From: a phage
NCBI GenBank assembly: GCA_012646185.1
Contig: GCA_012646185.1_4706.1
Length of the DNA: 64,000 bases
Direction: 5' to 3' (one strand)
Shown here: positions 21,201 to 30,887 of the stretch, piece by piece
Position numbering within the stretch: position 1 is the first letter of the stretch
How the letters are laid out: the number at the start of each line of letters is the position of its first letter
Notes under the pieces: generated by a model
The model's database searches: none
What the model was told of the DNA's origin: nothing
Seen by the model: the letters and a program-made list of their open reading frames with translations, nothing else
Made by a program: the position numbers and the translations under genes

Positions 21201-21616
21201 GGTGCGTTTGCCGGATACGGGTTCTTCGGCTCTTCGCCAGGTGCGGTCGGTACCGCGATCAGAACGAACGGTTGAACATCGTTACCGTCTTCCATGGTTA
21301 CGCCACCGTTGCTCGGTGTGAAACGAATTCGTAAACTACCATCAATAGGACGGGTCACAATAACAGCACGTACGACATCCTCACCGTTCTCATCCGTGCT
21401 ACGAATCACACGAACAGCGTCATCAACGGTAGCCCCTTCCTCGAGCGTATCTGATTCGATCGTCGCTTCGATGCTGTCTGGCCGTGCCGCTGTAGGTAAT
21501 GCGATCACTTGCTCTTCTTTATCAGTAGAAAGCGTTGCTTTGACTTCGATAGGTGTATCGCCGCTTTCCAGGTTAAGATGCGACTTACGCATCAGATCAG
21601 CTAACGATTTTTTCAT
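18230..21616 (-). CDS. large acidic virion-type protein (1128 aa)
   Basis: N-terminal about 330 aa are D/E/T-rich low complexity; contains ESFE-type motifs (LKQESFEIHQ, GPMESFEIRPEIKDEYIMESYKQL) shared with the downstream paralog array. Confidence 0.8.
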   Translation of the reverse strand: MKKSLADLMRKSHLNLESGDTPIEVKATLSTDKEEQVIALPTAARPDSIEATIESDTLEEGATVDDAVRVIRSTDENGEDVVRAVIVTRPIDGSLRIRFTPSNGGVTMEDGNDVQPFVLIAVPTAPGEEPKNPYPANAPTETPAPKVTNDPTVNADRDNLKNKIQDAANAIDPTNPAQIEQAAQPAETTEGVKGNVVEPEKAEPVAETAAAAAEVTSETKTTEEPIKVTVIKRVVEKVEKVEDTVADEQPVVDANDGNTGEQKAEAVAQETELQGDVDVDNTDGSSTEDNTTEPASEEPANTDADAGATDDTTTKDDENTKGDDDEDDENEEDEDLKQESFEIHQELEARGVLDVPVVEQRASVILGEGETDVTVIETEQPYIPGTMVVRRLDGDKSVIVRRTRYAERFNADGQGEAIAIVDPTLQGELKMEFRPAEGPMESFEIRPEIKDEYIMESYKQLDVALNSDLNLEDGEKQPGRFKQILKSVYEAVAKFLKALVARLKNLFGVNKKKIEEKANKLTKEQRTTPVTKLLPPPSDTKDATKVGVEWNKLDTLLANDAKSVDKIVNAVKDSKRIAEASRKFFDQLKDLKEGESPNADSDMLSATTMPGVAAFGHTASAALDGISKFRDELSEMKQQGDKTPPNINADMLVEVSKKLFEDDLLKSVSILQETAEQLIRDIDNSGSDYGVGYIVKRTRILMNFAKTACTVYGFAAKELGDVTVRILTAVAAADNGDLKQEEYQDVAGENDPVVTIETLEGDAGTRAVAEAEIVDDPAVVEFVERAEEAQRNLAIGRHAVSAVEGILVAAREIGPDNFQGNVEATEIAMEGFMDTVKSAVNRIGNWIETNHRYYTAATAPWDKLFAETQQALAKARRGNPAAERIILKRFIRHLTIGGEPVTDVKKLIAALGEIKMLGNMTRELIVAIDRELSDVRKSNQSETSAGSVVGLKRIPIQKWDKLMVATVQPWKDSDRKGVGSKAYLGETHIVKVSATYATTRNNPNEEAAKLMQWIYTGINRQFTVSDDLTSEELPVATISELEAVLRAAREAHEAWLIADNAMQTLRSIDKFLDSELNVENDVNNVVNYGIVLGLEDWLFHPALTLWQQFNKPMQAVLFLIKAHCGAYK

Positions 21617-21631
21617 AAAGCGTTATTCCTC

Positions 21632-22738
21632 TTAAAAGTAATATTTCAGCGCCTCGCGAGAGACATCAAGCATAGCCGCTGTTGAATTCGTAAAGAACTC
21701 GGCATAGCCCACAAGCGGCACCTTGATCCACGCGGTATACGCTGTAAGGTATCGAGAAAGGGCTACCATAGCATCATCAGAAGCAGTAGTAACTGACAAC
21801 TGACCTTGTTGACGATAAACGTCGTTAAGTTTTGCTTGTAGATTCCCTGCGATTTCGAGTAACTCGTTGGCGTACTTTTTGCGATGGTAACTAACCAGTA
21901 AATCAACACCCGTATTTACCGACTCGAGTAGCACACCAACTTGTTCTAATGTTGGCATTGTAACCACCATATCCCGTTCAACGGACGGTACATCCTGGAC
22001 TTCAAACCGTGCGGATTGAATGGCGAGGGACTGTTGAATTGAACCAGAACCTGAGGCGGTAACCTGATCGAGTCGTAGCGTACGGTTACCCAGTAACGTT
22101 ACGTTGACGAGTCTCGATTCGTTCAGCGTACTGTAGACTTTGTGCAATAACGTATACGCGTCACGGTTAATCACATCGATTAATGCGGTATCCGTCTGTT
22201 TTAAGATAATGTCGAGCGCTCTATCTAACGTATTAGCGAACTGCTTGAAATCATCACGGAACGACGAAGACAAGAGATATTCAGCGATTGCCAAATTCTG
22301 TTTGTATAACGTATTCCCAGTTGTGAAGTCGAATCCAAAACTGTTCCCATACCGTAGGTGCGGTGCCAGCGTTGACGAAGCTTCGAAGCTTTGCGCGATG
22401 GGTTTACGACCAACGGCTTTTGTGTAGTGACGGCGGATGTTGCTGAGTTCGAGCTGTAGTGCACGACTACGATCGATAAACCGGGCGATAAAAGCAGTGA
22501 TGTTCCGCAACGTTGTCCAGATCGCATCGATGATGGCTTTGATGATTTTCATCGCAAGCTGATTGTACGATTCCATCGTGAGGAGATCAGCACTTTCTGT
22601 GGTATAACCGGTTGCCGGAATACCGCCTGCTTGCTGATAAATAAGCTGGTGAATTTGTCGTTGCGTTGCTGTCTCTGGCACAGGTAATGTTTTTAACAAG
22701 CTTAACGCTTGAATCTGTCCGTCATAGGTCTGCAGCAT
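21632..22738 (-). CDS. paralog-family protein (about 368 aa), putative internal virion protein
   Basis: Start placed at ATG 22736-22738 (GAGGAA 7 nt upstream); contains MESYNQLAMKIIKAIIDAIW, which resembles the family motif. Confidence 0.7.
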   Translation of the reverse strand: MLQTYDGQIQALSLLKTLPVPETATQRQIHQLIYQQAGGIPATGYTTESADLLTMESYNQLAMKIIKAIIDAIWTTLRNITAFIARFIDRSRALQLELSNIRRHYTKAVGRKPIAQSFEASSTLAPHLRYGNSFGFDFTTGNTLYKQNLAIAEYLLSSSFRDDFKQFANTLDRALDIILKQTDTALIDVINRDAYTLLHKVYSTLNESRLVNVTLLGNRTLRLDQVTASGSGSIQQSLAIQSARFEVQDVPSVERDMVVTMPTLEQVGVLLESVNTGVDLLVSYHRKKYANELLEIAGNLQAKLNDVYRQQGQLSVTTASDDAMVALSRYLTAYTAWIKVPLVGYAEFFTNSTAAMLDVSREALKYYF

Positions 22739-24023
22739 TGCTGGTTTCCTCAAGTTCGAGATGCGCGTCAAGATAATCATTAAGACCGTCGATGACGTCG
22801 CAGACAGTTAACAGGAATCGGGCAAAAGCAACCGCTTGGAAACCGACGACGTTACGCGCGATACCCACACGTTGAACGATAGCGGATGCGGTGGTATCGT
22901 CGTTGTCCATCTGTTGTAGCAAACGCTCGTAAGGTTGAATCCATTCGTCCTGGTCGGCAAGGCTTGCTTCAAGACAACGTTTAAATTCCAACTGGCGTAG
23001 CGTAGACCATAACGTACTTAATGCGTTGATGATCGCGTTGGTTCCGTCGATAACGTCGTTTAACGGTAAGAAACGGAATCCGTCTTTTGCTGATTGGAAA
23101 GATACGGCTTCCCACACAACGCTGAATTGCGTTCCTGTTGCGTCTTCGATGTTGTGTACTTTAAGATAGGAAGCACCAACAGGTACGTCAACGACCAGAT
23201 CGTCTGTTCCGGTAGGCGTTAACGGCTTCTCGCATAACGCCTCGTTAATGACCTCGAGGATATTCTCCCAACAGGCTTCGTTTTCTGCAGCGATACCTTC
23301 TTTGTTATCCGCAGATGGTGCTTTTAGTAGCTGCATTAATAACGGATCGAGTTGACGATGCCATGCTGCGAGGATTCCTGTGTTCGTCACGATGTTTTCT
23401 GCGGTTTGTCGTAAATCAGCAATACTGCTTACGGCACCACCTTTCGGATGAAGATATCGCCAGTTGTAGGGAAAGTTCTCCCAGAATGCGTTATCTTCAT
23501 TAACATCGTATTCGGAAATAGTTTTCAACGCAGCCGCTTTCTTTAATAACGGCTTCACCTGACGAACGAATCGACGATAACAACGATTGCAGATATCGAT
23601 CGCGTAGCGGTATAACTCGTTCATGTAAAGCCATAACGCTCGGGTTGCTTCTTTTGCGGTCTTGTCAAAACTTTCCATGTTCAAGCTCATCCCGCTGGAA
23701 GTTTCCTCTTCCAGACCATCGATGATGTGGTTTGGGTCCATTCCCATTCCGGCTGCTGCGGTTGTTGCGATATGTTTGATGGTGCTGATATCGCGTTCCT
23801 CGACTGCAGCCATGTTTGGGACAATATCCAGCCTGAGTTTATTTAATGTTTGAAGGTGTTGTTCACCTTCTTTCATCATCGTGTTTGTTTCGTCGATTGA
23901 GTGAAACTGATTCTCAATATTACTGGCATCGAGAATGTTGCCAGCGATACCGAACGATTCTACAGGTTCATCATCAATCCCTTGAAACAACGATGTCATG
24001 GGTTGTTGTAACACGTTTTCCAT
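22722..24023 (-). CDS. paralog-family protein (433 aa), putative internal virion protein
   Basis: AGGAG 6 nt upstream; N-terminus SLFQGIDDEP and motif MESFDKTAKEATRALWLYM match the paralogs. Confidence 0.75.
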   Translation of the reverse strand: MENVLQQPMTSLFQGIDDEPVESFGIAGNILDASNIENQFHSIDETNTMMKEGEQHLQTLNKLRLDIVPNMAAVEERDISTIKHIATTAAAGMGMDPNHIIDGLEEETSSGMSLNMESFDKTAKEATRALWLYMNELYRYAIDICNRCYRRFVRQVKPLLKKAAALKTISEYDVNEDNAFWENFPYNWRYLHPKGGAVSSIADLRQTAENIVTNTGILAAWHRQLDPLLMQLLKAPSADNKEGIAAENEACWENILEVINEALCEKPLTPTGTDDLVVDVPVGASYLKVHNIEDATGTQFSVVWEAVSFQSAKDGFRFLPLNDVIDGTNAIINALSTLWSTLRQLEFKRCLEASLADQDEWIQPYERLLQQMDNDDTTASAIVQRVGIARNVVGFQAVAFARFLLTVCDVIDGLNDYLDAHLELEETSNAADL

Positions 24024-24130
24024 TTGGGACTCCTACGTAGGAAAATCTTGGCGGGTGATCATGTCCGCCATTTACCTTCTGAACCGTTGATTCAGAAGTC
24101 AAAAGATAACCGGATACCAACGTCATAAAA

Positions 24131-24162
24131 CCTTCCTCCAACCCAACAGGGAAGGAGGAAGG
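24131..24162. terminator. GC-rich two-tier hairpin
   Basis: CCTTCCTCC-AA-CCC-AACA-GGG-AA-GGAGGAAGG between 22722..24023 and 24173..25462. Confidence 0.6.
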
Positions 24163-24172
24163 GATATAGTGG

Positions 24173-25462
24173 TTATGCTTTTTCGGTTACAGCGTCGAAG
24201 TATTTCGCTGCAGCAAATACAGCATCTGCATATTGACGGTTAGCAACACGGAGGATCTTAGCTGCTAATACCGCGCTCAAGCGCGCCATTTCAGAAATGG
24301 CGCTTATATAAGGACGAACGGTTTCACGATCTGCTTCCGGTAGATTGTCGAGCATACCGTCCCATTTAGTTTTAATTTTCATGCCGTTGAGTTTAGCAGT
24401 ACGTTCGACAGTACTTGTTAAACTTTCTGTCTGGTGAAAATACACGGGGTCAACAACACGAAACGCGTTAAGATACGAAGTCAGTGCGGCTTTCAATTCG
24501 TCGTCGTTATTGAAAATGTTCGCGTTTTCAATACTACCGGTCGCGGTTTCTTCAACTTCGATCTGAATATTCTTCACGAGCGCGCAGGCCTTAATGGTAT
24601 CTTTCTCAGCCATAAGAGCGTCAAGACCTTTAACAACATATCGTTTCCCACCACTTTCTGGTATTTTGAGTCCTTTTAACGCAGGCTTGATGGCGTAAAT
24701 ATAATCGTCCAGAATATCGGCAAGTGTCGTCAAATCGGTTAGTTTATTAACTTTCTTGTTAATGTCGTCAGTTTGGAGTAGTAAAAAAGTGGATGCTTGT
24801 GTGGATGCCGCTAACTGCTCAATATGTTTACGAATCTCCAACGCGTTAACCGTTTTTGCGTTAGGGAACATGCTAATCATATTCCCGGTCGGTTTATTTA
24901 GTTGTTTGATGTGACGCTCGCCTTTATTTACAGCGGTTGCAACATCGGTAATTTTTTTATACGCTACCGCAAGGTTTTTGAAAAGCAGCTGAATCAGCTT
25001 ACATAACTGTTCAGCCATGTTCGCAATGATTACCCAGACTGCGTATAACGCTTGTGCTGCGCGTTCTTTAAAGCCTTCCAGTACAATAGCTTGCCCTTCC
25101 ACCAAACGATCGTCGGCTTGGAACATGTCTTCATCAGACATCCCCAGGTTAGCCGCTGACGTCGAAGCAATCTGACGGATAAGGGCGACGTCACTAGCAC
25201 GTGCTTCCGTGATCGTTGGTGCGATCATGTACGCGGTATCTTCCAGCGTTGCTGAGGTACGCACCGCGATTTCAGCCAGTTCGCTGGATTCATCGATTGT
25301 CTCGTCGGTACGTCGAATCACCAACTCAACTTCGTCCTCTTCGATTTCCGCGTTAGGATCATTTTGCTCCGTCGGAATTGCCGCAAGAAGATCTTCGGCG
25401 CTGAGCAATGCGAGTTCGAATGCGTTTTTATTGACGTTATCAAAAAGAGAGATGCGGGCCAT
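24173..25462 (-). CDS. paralog-family protein (429 aa), putative internal virion protein
   Basis: AAGGA upstream; N-terminus ISLFDNVNKN and block APTITEARASDVALIR...RLVEGQAIVLEGFK align with 25472..26788. Confidence 0.8.
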   Translation of the reverse strand: MARISLFDNVNKNAFELALLSAEDLLAAIPTEQNDPNAEIEEDEVELVIRRTDETIDESSELAEIAVRTSATLEDTAYMIAPTITEARASDVALIRQIASTSAANLGMSDEDMFQADDRLVEGQAIVLEGFKERAAQALYAVWVIIANMAEQLCKLIQLLFKNLAVAYKKITDVATAVNKGERHIKQLNKPTGNMISMFPNAKTVNALEIRKHIEQLAASTQASTFLLLQTDDINKKVNKLTDLTTLADILDDYIYAIKPALKGLKIPESGGKRYVVKGLDALMAEKDTIKACALVKNIQIEVEETATGSIENANIFNNDDELKAALTSYLNAFRVVDPVYFHQTESLTSTVERTAKLNGMKIKTKWDGMLDNLPEADRETVRPYISAISEMARLSAVLAAKILRVANRQYADAVFAAAKYFDAVTEKA

Positions 25463-25471
25463 GTTAGTTCC

Positions 25472-26788
25472 TTAACCTTTTGTATAAGCTTTAACGAGAG
25501 TGTTGATAAATGAGGTCAATGCACGAAGATATTGGTAAGCGAATTGGTTTTCAATACGGTTCTCTTTACCGCAAAGCAGAATCGCACGCTTAACGAGCTT
25601 AGGATAGATCTCAACGTACGGTTGGTAGCTCGCATCAAAATTCTGCTCGTTGAAGCGTTTCATGGTGATTTCCTGGATGCGCTCCATGGTGCGAATTTTA
25701 TTACGAGAGAAGATCTCAGAGAAAGCGCGTCCGCGTTTTGTTACCATCAACAGATCTTTCGCGAACGTCAGTTGTCGAACGCTACGCAAATCGTCAGGTG
25801 TCGGCAGGACGTACGTTTCCGGATCACTATCCCATTCAACATCTTCAACGACAATATCCAAGTCGAGGTAACGTTTAACCGCATCGATGATATTGTCTTT
25901 TGACGCATCGAATTCTTTCAAGAAGACTGCGCCGTTGATGTAACGAATGCGTTTTCCGGAAACCGTTGGGGTGATAACGTCAGTACCTTCCACGGAACCG
26001 CGATTTTCCAGCGTCGATTTGACAGCGTTCAAGAAAGTCAGATAATCAACGGGAAGTTTTTCAACCTTATCTAAATGGAAGTCGATGATGTTTAACCCCA
26101 ACCCATCAATAACTGAATAACCGTCCGATTTAAGGAACATCTGATTGAAGGTATCGATGTTGCTTTTCAGCGCGTCTACACCACCAACGTTGTTACGGTT
26201 AGGGAAAAGTGTCCGCCACTCCGCTTTAAATGCAACTTCTTTATTTTCCTCGTATTTGCCTTTAGGCATTTGTTCGAGGGCTGCAACGGCTTTCTGAAAA
26301 TTGCGCGTCTCGTCGTAAACAAGACGGGTAAGCTTCTCGAAGGCTGCTGCCAGGGTCAGGGCAATATCAACAATGATATCCCAGATCTTTTTCATGGCTT
26401 TTACAACGGTGTCCTTAAACCCTTCAACAACCAAAGCTTCTCCAACCTCAACACGATCGGTTGGCGTCAGCAATGCTTCGGAGGGTAGACCCAGAGCAAT
26501 CGATGCGGATTCTTGCACGTTACGAACCAACGCAACATCACTGTAGTTAGCCGATTCGATAGTCGGAGCAACATCAAAACTGATTTCCCGTAATGCAGCA
26601 ACAGCAGGGAAAGCACGATCAAGTGCATCTTCATGTTCGTCGATTGTCGCCAAACGTAATTCAACGCCATCGGCATCGATGACATCGGCTGTAGGCTCCA
26701 CAGCAAGCGCCTCAGCAACAATAGGATCTTTTTCAAACGCCTCAAGGCTGATATCGCCTTGGGTCGCAAATAGCGGTATGTGTACCAT
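25472..26788 (-). CDS. paralog-family protein (about 438 aa), putative internal virion protein
   Basis: Start placed at ATG 26786-26788 (GGAG 8 nt upstream; MVHIPLFATQGD aligns with paralog N-termini); block APTIESANYSDVALVR...EALVVEGFK. Confidence 0.8.
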   Translation of the reverse strand: MVHIPLFATQGDISLEAFEKDPIVAEALAVEPTADVIDADGVELRLATIDEHEDALDRAFPAVAALREISFDVAPTIESANYSDVALVRNVQESASIALGLPSEALLTPTDRVEVGEALVVEGFKDTVVKAMKKIWDIIVDIALTLAAAFEKLTRLVYDETRNFQKAVAALEQMPKGKYEENKEVAFKAEWRTLFPNRNNVGGVDALKSNIDTFNQMFLKSDGYSVIDGLGLNIIDFHLDKVEKLPVDYLTFLNAVKSTLENRGSVEGTDVITPTVSGKRIRYINGAVFLKEFDASKDNIIDAVKRYLDLDIVVEDVEWDSDPETYVLPTPDDLRSVRQLTFAKDLLMVTKRGRAFSEIFSRNKIRTMERIQEITMKRFNEQNFDASYQPYVEIYPKLVKRAILLCGKENRIENQFAYQYLRALTSFINTLVKAYTKG

Positions 26789-26836
26789 GTGTTGTCTCCA
26801 GTAATGATTCAAAAGATAAACCTGAGCGGCATAGAA

Positions 26837-26868
26837 CCCTCTCCCAACCCGTTAGGGAAGGGAGAGGG
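26837..26868. terminator. GC-rich two-tier hairpin
   Basis: CCCTCTCCC-AA-CCC-GTTA-GGG-AA-GGGAGAGGG between 25472..26788 and 26891..28213. Confidence 0.6.
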
Positions 26869-26890
26869 GATATGTCAGTTTATTAACTGA

Positions 26891-28213
26891 TTACTGCTGT
26901 GCTGCGTCAGCCGGTTTCTCAGCCGCCTGGCCGCCGTACTCTTTCAGCATTTTAGCAACGCCATCCAGGACAGCGTTACCTGCCTGAACACCGTATTTCA
27001 TCAGACCGGTCTGCGGGTTCACATAGCAGGAACGTGCGTCTTTCAGCGCAGACAGTACAGCTTGAACACGCTGTTTTTCCTGAGCGGAAACTTCGCCTTT
27101 CTTAGACAGATCGGCTTCCATATCGTCACCGAATTTAACAGCGTCTTTGAAGCCCTGGGATTTCTTACCGATGTTGCCTTTCAGCGCCAGCAGTTTGTCA
27201 GCCAGTGCTTCAACACCGCTAACCGCAGCAGCCAGCTGGTTCAGGGACAGGACGGTAGCTTCAACTTCTTTTGCTTCGCCGGAGCGTTCCCAGGTTACTT
27301 TACCATCATTGGCTTTGAAACCCCAACCTGCCGGGCCAGCAACGTCAGCAATCGCCGGAGCGTTCAGTTTATCAGCGTACTCGGTGTGAGACTTAGCAAT
27401 AACGGTACCAACGAATTTATCAGCACGATCGTCAGCAGCCTTCATTGCTTTCTCGAAGGTGTCGGCGATTTTGGTCGCGCTGGTAACCAGATCGTCGCCA
27501 CCGGTGTAGCCTGAAACACCGCTACCCAGTTTAACTTTGGTATTTTTAGCAGTGCCTTTACGCTTGGCGATCATTTCTTTCAGTTTAGCAGCACGCGCTT
27601 TCAGTTTGGTCGCGCCGTCGAAGATGCGATCCATGAACTTCACGAAGGTTTCCCAGGAAGTCTTCAGGAAGTTCTTGATGGTTGCCCACAGTTTCTGCCA
27701 CCATTTTTGTTCTTCCAGGAAGATCATGTTGGTTGCATCGTAGCGGGAAGCGGAACCACCGAAGCTTTCGAAGGACGGCATGGTTTCCGGCATTTTGAAA
27801 CCGATAGTACCACACAGACGTTTCAGATTACGCATGTGTTCCTGAGCGGTCTGTGCAGACATACCACCGTCTTTCAGGTAGCTTTCGGTTGCAACAACGG
27901 TTTCCGTCAGTTCATCCATGGCATCATCCATGGCTTCTGCGGTTTCGTCGTCTTTTGCAATTTCGATAACAACAGAATCAACCTGCTCGATATCACCACG
28001 AACTTCGATAGCCAGTTCGGTTTCAGCTGCGGTATCTTCAGCGATTTCAGCACGTTCGGTCAGTTCAGCCACAACGTTTTCATCCGCTGCTGCAGCATCA
28101 GCTGCCGGTTCTGCTTCAACGGTTGCCGCTGCATCCGGATCGATCTCAGCAGCCAGTTGAACCAGCTGTGCGTTAGATGGATTTGCGACAAGACGATCAA
28201 AAATAGAAGGCAT
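26891..28213 (-). CDS. highly expressed paralog-family protein (440 aa), putative abundant internal virion or scaffold-like protein
   Basis: Strong codon bias (antisense frames open: ORFs 27062..27514, 27707..28234); N-terminus MPSIFDRLV and SFESFGG...KLWATI match the family; Ala/Glu/Lys-rich. Confidence 0.8.
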   Translation of the reverse strand: MPSIFDRLVANPSNAQLVQLAAEIDPDAAATVEAEPAADAAAADENVVAELTERAEIAEDTAAETELAIEVRGDIEQVDSVVIEIAKDDETAEAMDDAMDELTETVVATESYLKDGGMSAQTAQEHMRNLKRLCGTIGFKMPETMPSFESFGGSASRYDATNMIFLEEQKWWQKLWATIKNFLKTSWETFVKFMDRIFDGATKLKARAAKLKEMIAKRKGTAKNTKVKLGSGVSGYTGGDDLVTSATKIADTFEKAMKAADDRADKFVGTVIAKSHTEYADKLNAPAIADVAGPAGWGFKANDGKVTWERSGEAKEVEATVLSLNQLAAAVSGVEALADKLLALKGNIGKKSQGFKDAVKFGDDMEADLSKKGEVSAQEKQRVQAVLSALKDARSCYVNPQTGLMKYGVQAGNAVLDGVAKMLKEYGGQAAEKPADAAQQ

Positions 28214-28220
28214 AATTTGT

Positions 28221-28289
28221 TTCCTTTACAATAAATTGCACATTAGCTAATGTGGCTTAAGTGAACCGTCAGCTCACTTAAAAGCCCTT
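28221..28289. promoter_or_regulatory. palindromes upstream of 26891..28213 (operator or promoter-context candidate)
   Basis: Perfect 16-bp palindrome CACATTAGCTAATGTG followed by inverted repeat TTAAGTGA...TCACTTAA in the leader of the highly expressed gene. Confidence 0.3.
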
Positions 28290-28808
28290 AAAACCCGGTG
28301 CCATAGGTTGCCCAAACACCGCATTCAAAGTACATATGATGTCCTGGATGCCATTGTCCCAATGGAGCCAAGTACGCACCATCTCTTCGTCTGACAACGT
28401 GATATAACTCATAAGTTTACCGCTGCTTTCCAGACGTTGGTGTGAACTTAACGACTGACGATCTGACCAGTTATCAATCAATTGTCCAGCAATCTGTACG
28501 TTCGTGTCTCGTCTACCCGTATGAATAAACCGTAGCGTATCACGGATAAACTCCAGACTGGTGAAGTTCAGATTTGGGTTATGGCTGTTCATTTCCACCC
28601 AATCGGTGATGGGGTACATCAAACGATAAAGGGTAGAAAGAACCTGACGTTCATATTTCCAGTCATCGAGAGGAGTACCATCGACCAGACGCTGATACAA
28701 ACTAACAACGTCGCGATCGTAGTTCTCCTGGCGTTTTACACCGTTAACCGGAAATCCGAAGAACCCGGTACCGTATAACGTTAAAGGGACGTCACGAAGT
28801 GCATTCAT
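28278..28808 (-). CDS. hypothetical protein (176 aa)
   Basis: ORF with ATGA overlap to 28805..29707. Confidence 0.65.
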   Translation of the reverse strand: MNALRDVPLTLYGTGFFGFPVNGVKRQENYDRDVVSLYQRLVDGTPLDDWKYERQVLSTLYRLMYPITDWVEMNSHNPNLNFTSLEFIRDTLRFIHTGRRDTNVQIAGQLIDNWSDRQSLSSHQRLESSGKLMSYITLSDEEMVRTWLHWDNGIQDIICTLNAVFGQPMAPGFKGF

Positions 28809-29707
28809 ACAGCTGCCTCTTCTTTTCGTTTAATATCATAACGAAGTTTCTTCAGTCGCTCTTCGTGATATTCGATCTGCTGCTGGATTTTTGGATCGTT
28901 GCCCGCATTCTGCTGTTTTTGCTTCAGTGACAAAATCCAATACTCCAGCGCTTGGGCTTCTTCTTTGGCTGCTTGCAATGACGCTTCTTCACGTTCGCTG
29001 CGCCAGATGCGATAACGGTAAATAAGCGTGTTGGTCATTTGAGTGTCGGACCATGAGCCCATACGCATCGGGTCAGTATTACCTGCGTTGTACAATCCAT
29101 TACCAACACCGTCTTCATCAGAAACCACAACATCCGGGATTTTATCCAACCCAGCAAGGATCTGTTGTTTCTGTCCACATAGCACCTCGGTGGCGATGGC
29201 GAAACCGTACATGTTGGCGGTCAGGTAAGCAATCTCGTTTTTGGTGAAGAACTCACCAAGTGCCTTATCACCACCCGGCATGCTTTCGCAGATGACCGTT
29301 GCACGAAGCAGCGTACGGGCGTAGCTAACGTAGAAGCCCAGGGATTCAACAAGACGTACCAGAGCGGCTTCTTTGAAACTTAGACCGTCAGCAGCAACAT
29401 CGATTTCCAGGTTTTTGTTAACACGTTTAACGATTTCTGGAATCAGGTCGACAGCGTTGCGTAGCGCTAAGTGAACGTTTTCTACCCAGCTTCCAGAGCG
29501 AACGCGGGTTAAACGCTGGTGCAGATCCTTGTCAGCGAGTTTCCATAAGGCGCTTTCCCCTTTTTGGAGAAGCGAAGCGGATGTCTCGTAGTAAGGAATC
29601 GCGGTGTTGTTGATTTCGTCACGGATCGATTCAAGTGCGTCAGCAACACCGGTGCGTTTAAAAAGCGGCTTCAAACCGCGAATGAATTCTTTAAAATCAA
29701 TTGCCAT
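28805..29707 (-). CDS. hypothetical protein (300 aa)
   Basis: ORF; charged helical C-terminus. Confidence 0.7.
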   Translation of the reverse strand: MAIDFKEFIRGLKPLFKRTGVADALESIRDEINNTAIPYYETSASLLQKGESALWKLADKDLHQRLTRVRSGSWVENVHLALRNAVDLIPEIVKRVNKNLEIDVAADGLSFKEAALVRLVESLGFYVSYARTLLRATVICESMPGGDKALGEFFTKNEIAYLTANMYGFAIATEVLCGQKQQILAGLDKIPDVVVSDEDGVGNGLYNAGNTDPMRMGSWSDTQMTNTLIYRYRIWRSEREEASLQAAKEEAQALEYWILSLKQKQQNAGNDPKIQQQIEYHEERLKKLRYDIKRKEEAAV

Positions 29708-29746
29708 GAGTGAGCACCTATGCTATTTCGAAACAGGTTACGTGTA

Positions 29747-30853
29747 TTAACGAATCTGTGGGACGTTTCCGGTACGGAGCGCCTGGAGGATCGTCAGAAG
29801 ATCGGAACCCGAGGTTGACGAACTGTTGGATTTTTCCAGTTGCTTGAAGCTTACGGTGGTCCCTTGATCCAAGCTGTGGAAATAGAAGGTCACCATCTCT
29901 TCAGCTTCGTCGATGATGATCAACTGCATTGCGAGGGCTTCAGCCATGACTTTCTGACGTGTGGTATAGTCAGATAAACGACGTCCGATCTTACGCTCGA
30001 TGGCTTCCTGGTTAGCCTTAGAGATGATATAGGTGGAGGCGATTGCTCCAGAAGAAGGGATCTTTGTGCTCGCTGCAGCTTTTGCGGCATTGATGCGCGC
30101 AGCGTTAACAGCCTTACGGATACCCTCTTTATCCATGCGTGAGATTCGTTTATGCTCACGAACCAGATCGCTAAGCAGGATCATATCGCTCCAGAAAGAT
30201 AGCTCACCGGCCATCATGCGATGCCAACGTGCTCGCCAGGTGTTCTGTGGACCGCCAATCGCTAAAATCGACGCAAGCACTTCCGCTGGCGAACTCGCGA
30301 TACGCATGCTGATGTTCAACGGCATTTTCATCGTTGCCTGACCATCGGTCAGCGTCACGGTTAAGAACTTGCCGGTGACCGCGTTCGCATCTTTGTTCAG
30401 CAATTCGATCGCTGCGTCGCTGGCTCCAACATCGAGGCTATTTTTTTGTTTCCCTTGCAGGTTGAATCCTTTGTCATCAAGGAAAACAAGGCTTTTGCTA
30501 TCCGCACTTTCCAGCGCTAATTTAATAGCCTTATCCGTCAGGTTAGCGTTACGATTTGGGTTAACACGACCCAGCGTTTTATCGACACTGATGTTACCCA
30601 CCTGCATGATGGTATTCAACGCCAGTAAATAGAACCCGGTATACATGTTTTCAGCGGTGCGCATGCAGTTGCCTAACGCATTGCGTGCGTCGCTATAATA
30701 CAACTCACGTTCAAAGATCAACGGCGCGATAACGCGTGAAGGTTGTGAGAGTTCAACCAACGAACCTGGCTGGATAAGTTTATTAACTTCGTAGACTTTA
30801 GCGATACCGGACGCAACAACGTTAACAGCGTCGGCAATTTCTGATGCTACCAT
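29747..30853 (-). CDS. hypothetical protein (368 aa)
   Basis: ORF with AAGGA upstream of ATG 30851-30853; divergent from 30888..32093. Confidence 0.75.
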   Translation of the reverse strand: MVASEIADAVNVVASGIAKVYEVNKLIQPGSLVELSQPSRVIAPLIFERELYYSDARNALGNCMRTAENMYTGFYLLALNTIMQVGNISVDKTLGRVNPNRNANLTDKAIKLALESADSKSLVFLDDKGFNLQGKQKNSLDVGASDAAIELLNKDANAVTGKFLTVTLTDGQATMKMPLNISMRIASSPAEVLASILAIGGPQNTWRARWHRMMAGELSFWSDMILLSDLVREHKRISRMDKEGIRKAVNAARINAAKAAASTKIPSSGAIASTYIISKANQEAIERKIGRRLSDYTTRQKVMAEALAMQLIIIDEAEEMVTFYFHSLDQGTTVSFKQLEKSNSSSTSGSDLLTILQALRTGNVPQIR

Positions 30854-30887
30854 ATTGAAATCCTTATTTACAAATAAAGGAAAGAAA

